The position numbers were made by a program, and so were the translations under genes. A stretch of DNA of 63,042 nucleotides, the filler included, from Hyphochytrium catenoides (Eukaryota > Protista > Hyphochytriomycota): NCBI GenBank assembly GCA_900088475.1. It is 8 parts of 8 records of this genome, joined end to end, with 100 filler letters (N's around TTAATTAATTAA, not from the genome) between each part and the next. Parts side by side here need not be neighbours in the genome. Positions count along the whole stretch, not along the records: positions 51,229 to 56,749 come from FLMG01003020.1; positions 56,850 to 63,042 come from FLMG01001057.1; 6 more parts are not named here. One strand, written 5' to 3'. The notes under the pieces were generated by a model. It did not search any database, was not told the origin of the DNA, and saw nothing but the letters and a program-made list of their open reading frames with translations. Below, one piece after another: positions 51,229-63,042 of this stretch (position 1 is its first letter; each line of letters opens with the position of its first letter).

Positions 51229-51809
51229 CATGAAGCCTTGAAAAAGAGAATTCATAGCTTCCGTCTCCCTTTGGGGCGGAGAGGGCAAATAGCGATGGGC
51301 GTTGTATATTTCGTCGCGCCTGTCATTGGCGGCTGTTGGGTGATGAATTGGGCGATAGCGCGTAGAGATAGAAACATTGGCCCCATGGTAAGTGATCCAG
51401 GAAAAATTCAAATAGTGTTTCTGGTGGGATGGATGTAGGAGAGCAGGCGAGGTTTGACAGCAAGGCTGCAGAGATCAAAGTCGTTAAAGCTGTCGTGGCG
51501 CTTCAAAAAGTTAGACGGGAATCAGCCGTATAGAAGAGAGCGTTTGGTATGCGAGCAGTCCGGAAGAAGGGATGGGTGATGATGGCTGCAGCGGGGCAGA
51601 AGAGATATTTGATGAAGCCCCCTGTGTCTGACTCTTGACCGGTCTGTCAGGGAGAAGGACTACCACCGGCATCCCATCTAAGGCCTGCCAATACTTCAGA
51701 GGAGAAACCTGACGAATTCCAGACCATGCTGGATATGAATCAGAAACAAAATGAGGAGCTCAGGGACATTTTGCGGCGCATCAAGGAGAAGAAAGATCCC
51801 ACAGGATGA
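51229..51809 (+). CDS. Small single-pass membrane protein, 5'-truncated, two exons (51229-51387, 51651-51809)
   Basis: HEALKKRIHSFRLPLGRRGQIAMGVVYFVAPVIGGCWVMNWA...NIGPM|GEGL...QNEELRDILRRIKEKK-stop, with GTAAGT donor and TCAG acceptor in phase 0. Confidence 0.75.
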
Positions 51810-52015
51810 GAGCAAACCCACCTATCCCGTGGTTGAGAAGATATCATCGATGGGATCAATAGTGTTCTTTCATGTCAAGATGGACTGGTCTGAAACGGGG
51901 ATCCGAGTGGCTTGAACAGGAAAATAACTTACAATTAGTATTAACATAGCTCTCGCAGTAAGAGCTGCTCACCGGGAGAGAAGCGGAAGGGTGAGGAGTT
52001 TTGTACATAGGGAAC

Positions 52016-53242
52016 CTAAACGTCTACAGTGGAAGAGCGGCTTTGCCCTGCGGTGCCTGCCTGTAGGGCAGTAAAGCCCATTATGGAGGCCAGCTGTTGC
52101 TGTTGTTGAGTTTGCTGCTGCTGCTGGGGTGTCTGCTGGCCCCCTTGGGCTTGTTGAGTGTTCGCAGGCTGCTGTTGTTGGTACTGAACCATCTGCTGCT
52201 GTTGTTGCTGCCACTGCTGCATCTGAAGTGCCATCTGTTGCTGCATGAAGGGCGGCATCATGACCGCTTGCTGCTGGTATAGAAGCTGCGGATCCACGAC
52301 TCCCCCTTGCTGAGGATGACGAGGTTCGTAAGAAACCCGGTTTCGTACGATGACAAAGGGAAGAAAACAAAGGATCGGACTTCCGGTGGACGTAACTGTT
52401 ACAATGGGAACAAAGCTGCTCTTCTACTTTTGAGTTTGTTGGCAACATATTAAGGCCTTATAAAGGCTAGACTTAGAAAAACGAGGACGTCTAAGGCTGA
52501 GTGAACAACAGAACATCATTATCTTACCATCGCTGGGGCACCAGGAACACCCGGGCCTTGCATCACCGGTTGTTGGAGATAGTAATATGCTGCTTGCTCC
52601 GGGGAAATCTAGACAAACTTGCCGTTAGTAGTACATATGATGTGACAAGCAGCAGAAATGCGCAACTAACCTTTTTTGTCGGCTTTATATCGTCTCTGGG
52701 GACAATGTCGATTAAAAAGTCAAATGTGTCTGTCTTCGTTATCGCCATGGCGATATCGTTGCGCTGCACGATCAAAATCACGGTCAGCCCCATTTTTCTA
52801 ATCACTCGAGAAGTGGCCAACCTGCAACGTGCGCCGTTTATTTTCCTCCGTATGATTCCACGCTCGCAGGGTAAGCTCCAGGATGAAAATCTCGCATGCT
52901 TTCGCAAACATTACCGGTGCCTCGGCACTAATCATCTTCACATCTTCATCTGACTTCATTATCTTCTTTATTCGGGCCAAAGGTAGCTGGTGCGTCTTGA
53001 AGTCCTCGGTTTCTGTGCATAGAGTGGTCATAAAGCTTAAGTACCCTTATCAAAGCTGAGCGTGGCTTGTGAACCTGGCTACCTGGATTGATGGCCTGAA
53101 TATCCGTAATGGTGTCTTGCCAAAACTGCGTCAATTGCTGTTGTTGTTGCTGAAGCTGGTGTTGTTGCAGCTGTATTAACTGCAGGTTGCTATTTGAGCT
53201 ACTGCTCTGACTTTGACTTTGCGTTCCCTCTCCTCCTGGCAT
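52016..53242 (-). CDS. NFYC: Nuclear transcription factor Y subunit C (HAP5), multi-exon, polyQ-flanked
   Basis: [61 protein letters not shown]|[23 protein letters not shown] is the canonical NF-YC histone fold. Confidence 0.97.
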
Positions 53243-54928
53243 CTTTCCGAAGAGTTGACAGGGAGCTAATATTAGAACACGCGCTGCTCTGCAGAATCGC
53301 ACCAATTTAAGTAAGTGCGCTGCACAAGGATGCTTAACCAAATGCTGAAAGGGCCGGCCAACCTGGTAGGCAGCACCAGGATTCTTAGAGCTTCTACGAT
53401 GCAGCCTCTGAGAAGTGCGAGCAGAGCGGAACTCTAAACGACGCTACTTTGCAGATCGATTGATAGTGTGCCACTCTGCGCGAGCATTCATGAGCCCCTG
53501 CTAATAATAAAGTCCCTTGTCTTCTGTGACTTCGAGTGCAGCTTGTTGGAATGCAGAAGTGAGAGAAAAGGTGTTCATTAATCGACGAGGAGCAATATCG
53601 CACAATAGAGTACATATCCTTGATAGCCTCCGCCAACGAGCTATACATTCTGAATGTTTTTACATGTAATCAGGAATAGAGCCAGAAACTTGTAAAGGCC
53701 AACAACTACATGTATCATTTTTGAACTCCTTCTTCTCAAGAGCGTCTATATGGAATAAGGAGCCATAAGAGAACTTTCATTATCAATCGGAAGATTTCTA
53801 TCCGGAATTGGCATTAAGTCAGATCCCTGCCAGTAATTGGCTTGCCAGCCTGTTTGGGCAGCCAATGGAGAACAGAGCCCCATGTGATTTGTCAGAAGGA
53901 TCATAGAGCTTGCCGCTGAGTGGCTCAGTCTATCGGGAACAGCCAACAGAATGCAGCCAAACTTAGACTTCGTGATGACTTCTGGCAGATTGAAAACCTA
54001 GGAGAACCTTGGCCCAGATCTGTTGTTCTGCGGCGAGAGCTTGGCGTCTAAAATGAAGGAAAAACGTTAAGAATGTATGGGAATGTTTGCCTCAGTAAGA
54101 GGGATTGTCCATTGTGTTGCGGGCTTGGGGGATAAGATAGTAAGTAGAGTAAATGGCCAGACTGCCGTCGTATGTGTTGACGGATGAAGAGAGGCAGGAA
54201 CCACATATGATGATGGGGAAGAGAACGCTTACATATGCTATGGTTCGTCTTCGATGGATTTGAAGAATGGTACTGGGAATTCGTCTTCCGCTGCGCTGAT
54301 GAGGTTGTTGTGAGGTCTCTAGCTGCTTAGTAGCTATTTCGGAAGCAAAGTGGAAAAACCCCGCCAAAAGTAATGGGAACAAGAAAGACGACATAAGGGG
54401 CTTAAAGTAACGATGCTCAGTCCCTGAGGAACAAATACTTAAAAATACAAAAGTATGATAGTTAGAGATGTTAAAGCAGCACAACTTTTTGTGCGGGAGC
54501 AAAGAAATGTGCCAGCAGCGGTAAGACAGGACGCACTTCGGCGATGGCCAGTTACCGTGGAAGTTGACAACCACAATAAGCAAGGATGGCTTTGTAAAAC
54601 CTGAAAATCTAACAACAGTTTCGTCGCCGATTCACTACTCAGCTCGTTCCAAGAAGCCATAACAATGTCACAGTGTCAGGATACATGGAGAGGTTAGATA
54701 TAACTTGTAAGCTAGTCCTCGTATAGTGGAGGTAATCCGCTTGCTGAAAAGCAGCAAAAATGACATCCAGTATTTGTCAATGCAGGCATAAGCTATTATT
54801 TACACCTGCATAGGTGTAGTTCATATCAACCTTGGCATGACGTGCTGGCAACGAGATACTTGCCTGCTATCATTTCAAGCACTAAGTTCAGTCACCTAGT
54901 CGCGCGACCTTGCTCCACGGCAGTCAAT

Positions 54929-56749
54929 TTAGAGGCAAGTAACCCTTTTGGCCACGTCGTCTTCTTGGCAAAGACGTTCACGCTAATTGAAGCGTAGTAA
55001 CTAGCGGACTGTAGTAAGTAGCTTGATACGACAATGCATAGTGGCCGGTGAACTAGACGATGACTGATATCCTATCCCCGGACTTGCCACGACCCCTCTT
55101 TGCTTGGACACTGTGAACTGAGCTGTGGGGCTTCTTCCCCTTCATACTATGCTTCACCCACTGGTATGCCGCAACACCACCCACCTTAGACGTCCAAGTG
55201 AGACAAGGCGATGCGTTTTATAAGCCTCACATCAACACTTACGGCAAGAACGATCCCAGTCACTCCTTTAAAGGTTAAGGCCATTTTGTCGTACCAGAAG
55301 GAGTTACTGATCACGACTACCCTCTTCATGGTTCCGAGCACCGAATACGTAAGCTCACTGACGTAACCAAGTATCTGGGAGAAAGGACGACGACAGGGAT
55401 GTCACAGTTGGTACAAGCTTCAGAGGGTCACTTTACTTACCAAAACTGAAGCGACACTGCCAAGATACTCCAGCAAGGAAGCTCCGAGAACCATGTACAA
55501 TGGTACCCTGGAAAATAACGCGGATAAGCACGTATTGATCCCATCAACGCTTCATTTCCGTACCTTGATAGATTTTCTATGGTGAGAGACAGATGCGATA
55601 TCAGGTACGGAAGATTCAGAGCCAGAGCCACCAGGCCGTTGATGAAATGCATCTAGAAAGGTCGCCGTTAGATTCCTCTCAGTCCGTGTCTCAGTTTCGC
55701 ATCATGTCTTACGTTAATGCTGTCAGTGAAACCTTCTCTAATCAGGTGCTTCGAGTACATATTCTGCAGGTCCAGCACGATCAGCTACCGCTTACCAATA
55801 TGGAGAGTTAGGAATACTGACCTTCGAAACTCCAATCATAGTTGCAAATACTGCTGATTGTATCCCCAAGAGCCCGACAGCCTGACAACAATTCTTAGAC
55901 AGCAAGGTCGCTTACGATTCAGAGATTCGCCCTACATTAATCTGCAGCTCCGAGACCGATGCAAGGATTACACCAAGGACTATCGGTACTAACGAGAGGT
56001 AGATTTCCTTTGGAAATGTAGTTCCGTAGTAAAGTCGGGTTAACAGCACGTTGAAGAAGGGTGTTGATGCCTGAATGGATAGAGTTAAGGCACGACGTTA
56101 AGCAAAGCGTTTCTCAGTTCCTTTGAAAAATTACCCAGGACATACCTTCGCCGTGTGCGTGATAGCCACAGGGACGCTTCCATAGCTCCAATAAGTTAAG
56201 AGCTTGGTCACAGTTCCAACCAAGCCAAGAGGAGCAATCCTTATAAAGCTAACAGGAAGTTAGAGATGGAGTTCCAAACTGTCCTAATCTGTGGCGTGCA
56301 TAACTCTTACCCTCTAAAGTCTATCTTTCGAAGGTACCAGATCTTATAGGGAGAGTTCTCAGGTAAATAGAGGAGTACACCTGATTGATCAAAACCTTAG
56401 CCTTTACAATGTAGGTTTTCAGGTACAATGGGCACCTACCATCCAGAACATTGCTCACTAAGAGGTTGAACGATGTCAGAGTTAATGGAAAGAGATCATA
56501 CTGCTTTATGAGACTCTTGCTCATGAAGATGGAGGCCGTAGAGCACAAATACCAAGCTGAGACCCACGCTAGAGCCTGATAGACCCAGCACTCGTCATGC
56601 GAATACTAGTAAAACCGTATTATGGTGCTCACCTTCAGTGGGTTCTCCGCTGTCCAGCTATTGGCGCGTGGCCTCCGCTTATACTTTGAATCATCGCTGG
56701 AGTCTGCAACCGCTGAGATATTGGAGTATGGGTCTGCATGATGATCTAA
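54929..56749 (-). CDS. Triose-phosphate/nucleotide-sugar translocator family (SLC35E/TPT-like), many short introns, 5'-truncated
   Basis: Exon peptides WYLCSTASIFMSKSL, SVPVAITHTAK|ASTPFFNVLL, YLSLVPIVLGVILASVSELQIN, LQNMYSKHL and VSELTYSVLGTMKRVVVI are TPT/SLC35E signatures. Confidence 0.85.
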
Positions 56750-56849
56750 NNNNNNNNNNNNNNNNNNNNNNNNNNNNNNNNNNNNNNNNNNNNTTAATTA
56801 ATTAANNNNNNNNNNNNNNNNNNNNNNNNNNNNNNNNNNNNNNNNNNNN
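56750..56849. other. Artificial contig spacer
   Basis: N-run plus TTAATTAATTAA plus N-run. Confidence 0.95.
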
Positions 56850-57467
56850 TTTTGTTTTCTGTGCCCCAAGTCACCTGGATGTCAGTCACTGCTTTGGTTT
56901 CTCTAAGAGCTTGAAGCTGCTTTGCACCAAAGATTTTCCTGGCCTTGTGACTGCGGTATGCGCGGGCAAGAGAGAGAGAAGCGGAGACTTTCTCTCTTTC
57001 TTCTCTCTCTTTTCTCTTCTTCTTATACCTAATGATAGAATGAGTTAGTGGTGGTTTGACGAAGGAAACTGTTCATGCAAAGTAAAAATGGAAGATTGAG
57101 CATACGACGAGGAGTAAAGGAGAGAAACCAAGAGAGAGAGAGAGAGAGAGATAAGGAGAGACAGAAAGAGAGAGAAAGAGAGAGAGCGAGCGAGTGAGAG
57201 GAAAGAACCCTCATCAACCCGTTGCTTTCGACTGCTGATGAGTCTGCTGATGAATCTGGACTCCGATCCAAGATTCTGTTTCCCCTCTTCCCGTCTCTCT
57301 CCTCTCTTTTACATTCTCTCTCTCTCTCTCTCTTGTCAGTTCAATCTCTCTCTCTTTGCCTTGTCGTCTCTCTTTCTCTCGTCCTCTTCGATGGAGTTAT
57401 TGGACCGTTGGATACTAACAGTTGCTCTTCTTCTTCTCACTTGTCCGTCCAAACTCTCCCTTTTGTC

Positions 57468-57501
<34 letters not shown>

Positions 57502-57723
57502 CTCTGTCTCCCACAGCTTCTTTCTCTCTGTTTCTATCTACGGGGCATAAGATGGAAGCCAGACGCAAACAGACCCAAATGACCCAAAGAAAGTTTGAGA
57601 AAGGGAGGGAAAGAGAGAAGAGAGAGGGAGAGAAGAGAGAGGGAGAGAAGATAGCGAGAAGGACTCAAGAAAATGATATCATAACGGGAAGAGAGGGATG
57701 AAAGAGAGAGAAAAAGAGACACC

Positions 57724-57941
57724 TGAGCTTTGTTCTTTCTATCTTTGTGACCGCTGACTTTCTCTCTCCTATCAATTTCTCAAGCTCCTCTTGCCGACAG
57801 AGAGAGAGAGATCTTGCCTGGACTGCAAGGTGGTAGCGCCGAGCCCGAGAGATGAAAGCCCGAACCTGTGCGTCACAGACAGAGAGAGAAAGAGAGCGAG
57901 AGAGAAGGAGATAGAGAGCGAGAGAGAAAGAGAGAGAGAGG

Positions 57942-57972
<31 letters not shown>

Positions 57973-58829
57973 CGAGAGCGAGCGAGCGAGCGAGAGAGAG
58001 TGCCAGTGAGAGTGAGAGTGAAAGAAAAGGAGAAAGAGCCCGAGAAAGCGGAGAGCGTGAGAGGCAGAGAGAGAAGGGGCGAAAGGATATTGGCGATGGG
58101 AGAGAAAAAAGAGGAAAAGAAGATACCGAGAGAGAGAGAAAGAGAGGAATAAGACAGTGATAGCCAAAAAAAAGGAGGAGGGAGAGCGAGATAGTATGCC
58201 GGAGAGAAACACGATAACTTGCGAGAAACAATGAAAGACAAGTAGGTTGAAGAAGTCCTCTCTCTCTCTCTCTCTCTCTCTCNNNNNNNNNNNNNNNTCT
58301 CTCCTTCTCTCTTTCTCTTTTGACAAATATTTGCCAGTTCTCCCAGGCCAGTAGCTGATGACCAATGACCAGCCTAGGAGAGAGAAAGAGAGAGAGAGAA
58401 AGGGAGAGGCAGGAGAGAAGAAGTAGCATAGGCGAAAAAGAAAATTGTGAAGCACTTTAGCTCAATGATCTCGTCTCACATGCTCTTTCTCCCTTTTCTA
58501 TCCTCTCTCTCTCTTCGCGGCCGTCTGTCCTTTCCTCGGTCCTAATCCTTTCTCTCTCTCTCTCTCTCNNNNNNNNNNNNNNNNNNNNNNNNNNNCTCTC
58601 TCTCTCTCTCTCTTACTGTCTCTTCGTCAGTCCTTCACTTACCTAGTTAGCGCTCTCTCTATCACTTTTACCGCTCTGTCTCCTTCATCCAGCTTCAGTC
58701 CCGCCTGGAAGAGAAACGGAAGAGGGAGAGAGGAACGAGCAACACAAAGAGATTCCTCTCTCTCCTGCGAAGCCTCCACCAGGAGCTTTTTTGACAGCTC
58801 CGCTTCCTATTAGACAAAGTGGGAGACAG

Positions 58830-58864
<35 letters not shown>

Positions 58865-60140
58865 CCAAGAGAGAGACAGCAACAAGAAGAATGGAAGAGT
58901 AAGTCAAAGAGAGGTTTTAGAGAAAAGAATGGAAAGAAAACCTTGCGAAAGACAATCATTAGAGCTTTAAAAAAAAACAAGATTAGAGAGAAAGAAATAA
59001 AAGAGAGAGAGAGAGAGAGAGTGAGTGAGAGAGAGAGAGAGTGAGTGAGAGAGAGAGTGAGTGAGTGAGAGAGAGAGAGAGAAAAGGAAGTACCTGTTTC
59101 AGCCTGTTCTCTTCATTTTGCATGTTTTCTAGGTCTCTCTTCTTCGATTCCGCCTGCTTTTCTTTCTCTTCTGTTCTCTGACTGTGGAAGAGAGAGAGGG
59201 CTCTACTGTGTCTGAGTTTCTGCTCTCTCTCTCCCTTTTTACCGTTATTACGCGCTTCTCGATCGCTCTCTTCTTCTCTCTCTCCCTGTTCTTCTCGCAC
59301 CATACCACCTCTTTCTCTCTCCTTTTCTCTCTCCTCAGAAGGTGATGATGCCTCCTCTTCCTTCAAATATTTCTTGGGAAGAAGAGGGAGACGGAGCTCG
59401 TTCTCTCTTCTCTCTTCTTCTTCGGGAGGAAGAAGAGTTGAGAGCTCTTGGAGAGGGAGAAGAGAGAGAGAAGAAGAGAAAGAGGGAGACAAGAAAACCT
59501 GAGAGGTTTCTGTCCCTTCCTGAAGTTGTTGGGGAGAAGATGTTGTTTCCTCTCTCCTGATCTCTCTTTTCTCTTCTTGTCTCTCTCTCCTTCTCTCCTC
59601 TTTCCGCGTTTTGCTTTCCTTGCTGTTCTCTCTCTCTCCTTCAGAAAGAGAGAGAGAGCTGTAGAGAGAGGACGTAGAGATATTTGCCAGAAGCTCCTCC
59701 ACGGCATTGTTACTCCCTGATGTCCCTTTAGGAGAGAGAGAAAGAGGCGGGAGAGAGATAGAGGCTTCTGACCTTCCGTCTCTTCCTCTTTTTTCTCTCT
59801 CTCTTTCTCCGCTTTGAAGTTTTTTCTTCCGCTTCATCTCTCCCTTGACTTCTACCTTCCTTTCGTCCCGAAGGAGGAGAGACTGCAATGTGCCTGTGTC
59901 CAGCAACTCTCCTCTTTCAGCCTTGGAGGAGAGAGAGAGAAGAGCCTGCAGTCTCTCTTCTCTCCCCTCTTTTCCTCCTTTGTCTTCTTGCATTGTGTCT
60001 TTTCTTTTCTCAGCTGGGTAATGCGTTGGGCTCAGGCTGGACTTCATCCATGTTGTTGTTCTTCTCTCTCCCTCTTTCTGCTTAGTGTCTTTTTCTCTCT
60101 CTCTCTCTCTCTCTTCTCTCTTCTTCTTTTTCTCCGTCAC
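57724..60140 (-). CDS. Hypothetical charged/coiled-coil protein, multi-exon, boundaries approximate
   Basis: Long E/R/K-rich frame 60140-59093 ending in a GT donor (RLKQ|GTAC). Downstream islands include QVRAFISRARRYHLAVQARSL...EELEKLIGERKSAVTKIERTKL. Confidence 0.4.
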
Positions 60141-61583
60141 TCTTTCTTTCGCTTCCTTTCTCTCTCTCTTCCTCGTGTTTCTTTCCTCTTATCTACTTTT
60201 CGAAGCCTTCTTCGTGCTCCTTTCTTCTATTAGCTCTCTTTTAAATGAGAGAGAAGAAAGAGGAGAGAGAGAGAGAGCTATCCTTCGGTCCGTCTTCTGT
60301 CTTTCTCCTCACGTTTGGAGGTGAAGAAAGCTCTCTCTTTTACCGCCGCTCTCTCTCTCTCTTTCCATATATTGCCCACTTCCATAAAACGTTTCTTCTC
60401 TCTCTCTCCCTTTATCTCTCTCTTTCCTCTTCTTCCACGTCGTCCTCTTGTAGGACAAACGGAAAGAGACAAGAAGACGAGAGAGAAGAGAGAAAGAAAC
60501 CACGAAAGGAAGGGAACTACGGGAGAGAGAGGAGCGACAAGACAGCAGGTAGTGAGAACAAACCTATTACGGGAAAGAGGCAGCGCGCTCCACGAAGAAG
60601 AAAGAAGAAAGAGAGAGAAAAGAGAGAGAGAGAGAGAGAGAGAGCTGTCGCTTTCAAAAAAAAAGAGGGAAGACGAAAGAGAAAGAGAGACGGCTTTAGA
60701 GAGCTAGTGAGATGATTTTTTCAACGAGGAGTCATTGCCAGCAACAGGGGAAAGTGATCGAAAAGAAGCAAGAGAGAGAGAGAGAGAAGAAGAAAGCAGA
60801 AAGAGAGAGAAAGAGAAAAGCGAGGGCAAAGAGCGCGGAGGAGCGCATGCAGAGCAAGAGGTGACGGGAGAAAGCGCTGACTGATTTCTCTTCGTGGGGT
60901 TCAGGCCACAAAAGATGAAAGAACAAGCGCAGGGAGAGAGAGAGGATTGAGAGCGAGCGATAGAGAGAAAGGAGCGAAGAGAAGAGAGGAGAGAGAGATA
61001 GTGGGAGAGAGCAGGGGAGAGAGGGAGGGAGAGGTCAGAGAGAGACAGAGAAAAGAGAGAGAGGAGAAAAGAGAGAGAGGAGAAGAGAGAGNNNNNNNNN
61101 NNNNNNNNNNNNNNNNGAGAGAGAGAGAGAGAGAGAGAGTTGAAGAGTAGGGGTGACAAAAATGAAACGGCGAGCGGACTATTCCTGATCAGCCCCACCA
61201 GAAACATTTTTTTCTAAACAAACAAATAATAGATTCAGGACGCTGCGTCTCGGAGAGAGCAACCCCTGGAGCGGATTCTGATGGCTTTTCTGGTGCCTTG
61301 TGTGCCTGGGCGGGCGGGCGCACTTTCTGGCTCTTCTTCCTCTTTCATGGGCGAAATGTGTGCCGCTCTAGGACTTAAGAAAGCCATTTAGCCTTCTAGC
61401 CCTTTATCCGATAATACGCCGCACGGTGCCTCAGATCTTACTGATTTGGAGCACTTTCTAGCTATAGATAAGCCGCTAAAACAATAGAGCCTAGGCTTAA
61501 AAGAAATCTGAACTTGTTCCTCCTCAAGGTGGTAAACAGCCAAGCGGATTGTATCTTGGGTTCTGGCTCCTTGAGCTTTCTCG

Positions 61584-61644
<61 letters not shown>

Positions 61645-62112
61645 ACTGCTGGTTGTTTGATAGCCCGTCCTCTTTCATCCCACCTCCTCCTTCCCCTGCC
61701 CACTACCATCACTGCCTCACTTGCTCACTTTCCAACATCAGTTCTGCCGCCAACAGCGGCATCGTAAGAGAGAAAGAGAAGAAGAGATAGTCGCGTGCAA
61801 CGGGAAAGGTGCCTAACTGAGAGGGAGAAAGAGAGAGAGAGAGAGAGAGAGAGGCGGAGGGGGAATCAGGAGAGAGAGAGAAAGAGAAAGGAGAGAGAGG
61901 CGAGCCAGCGAGGAGGCCGAGATAGAACGAAGAGCAAAATCCTCGTAATAGGTCAGAGACGCAGAGAGACAAGCTAGTAGAAGGCAGAGGTAGAAAGAAG
62001 GAAAGAGAGAGAGAGAGAGTGCGAGGGAGGGAAGAGAGTTAGAGAAAGAGAGAGGGAAGAGAGTGAGAGCCAGAGAGAGAAAGAGAGACAGAGAGAAAGA
62101 GAGGGAGAAACA

Positions 62113-62490
62113 ATGATTTACTACGACTCGGATGCGTTCTTCCGCGTCCTATTACGAATCCGAGGGACCATTCTCTCAGGCCGCGCCGTCCTCCGATCTC
62201 TCTTCATGGCGTTTCTAGCCTTTCTCTTAGCCTATCTCCACTCTGTCTCTCCCATCGTCCACAACACCGCGTCCAATCACGGATTAGTGCAGACAATGTT
62301 CAACGCTAACACTTTCTTAGGCTTACTGATGACCTTCAGACTTAACTCTGCGTACACGCAGTGGAGAGCGGGCATGACCTCTCTCGATAACCTGACGCGG
62401 ACCTTGAGAGACTTTCTCTCCATTGCCAGCTCTTGTCTCGTGGCAGGACATGGGGGAGAAGGAGAGGAGCTTGAGAGTAAGAGGAGAAAG
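62113..62490 (+). CDS. Bestrophin/UPF0187-like anion channel, first exon
   Basis: MIYYD...LLRIRGTIL, a TM helix, then LGLLMTFRLNSAY.QW (the LG.LL.FR.N.AY family motif). A GT donor follows at ~62491. Confidence 0.75.
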
Positions 62491-62981
62491 GTAGGAGAGA
62501 GACACACTGAGAGAAAGAGGGAGAGAGAGAGCAAAAAGAAGAGAGAAAAACCAGAGAGAGAGAGGGTAAAAAATGGGAGGAAGAGAGGGGAAGAGTGGAG
62601 AAAGAAAGAGAGTCCGTTGAAAGGAGAGAATGTATTAGAATTAAGGGAGTGAGACAGAGAAAGAGAAAAGAAGAAAGAGAGGCAGAGCGTGACTGATTGA
62701 TTTAAACGGAGCGCGAGAGACGCAGAGGAGGGCCATGGTAGAGATGAAGCAACGTAGGAGAGAGAAGAGGTTGCAGGAGCCTAATGTTTAGCTCTTTCAA
62801 TCCTTCCGTCCTGTTGCTTCTGTCTCCCCTTTGTCTCATGATCTCTTGTCTCTCTCCTTGCGCACCTCTTTCTGTCGGCGCCTCTCTCCCTGCGGTGCCT
62901 CTCTCTGCCCTTTTCTTTCTCTCTCTGTCTCTCTTTCTCTCTTTCTGCGTCTCTCTGTCTCTCTCTCTGTCTCTCTCTCTG

Positions 62982-63025
<44 letters not shown>

Positions 63026-63042
63026 CAGGTGCAGACATTTAT

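Noticed and set aside
53746-54660. Possible gene between NF-YC and the translocator
   Set aside because: Short ORFs without recognisable motifs; no consistent exon chain could be built.

Overview
Eukaryotic genomic DNA, not one continuous locus: eight contigs joined by artificial 100-nt spacers (N-run, TTAATTAATTAA, N-run) at 9072, 11208, 24492, 46253, 49926, 51129 and 56750, so adjacency across spacers means nothing. Gene content (oomycete-style PLAC8 proteins, a small membrane protein resembling diatom/oomycete proteins, an ABCG C-terminus) suggests a stramenopile-like protist; this is inference. Recognisable genes: a C-terminal PH-domain protein, an SPX-domain protein, a Ty3/Gypsy gag with LTR, a bHLH transcription factor, a TPMT-family methyltransferase, a chitin synthase strongly resembling fungal class VI (ChsD), two intronless zinc-ribbon-PLAC8 paralogues, an ABCG fragment, NF-YC, a SLC35E/TPT-family transporter and a bestrophin-like fragment. 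Most ORFs in the supplied track are artefacts of (AG/CT)n microsatellites. Best candidates for novelty: (i) a ~6.2-kb tandem unit in which decayed transposase-like relics flank an intact bHLH with a group-A-type basic region, and a ~0.5-kb segment sits at different positions and orientations in the two copies; (ii) the class VI-like chitin synthase in an apparently non-fungal host; (iii) the zinc-ribbon/Pro-rich/PLAC8 architecture; (iv) a candidate TRIM retroelement. No complete novel system can be proven from sequence alone.
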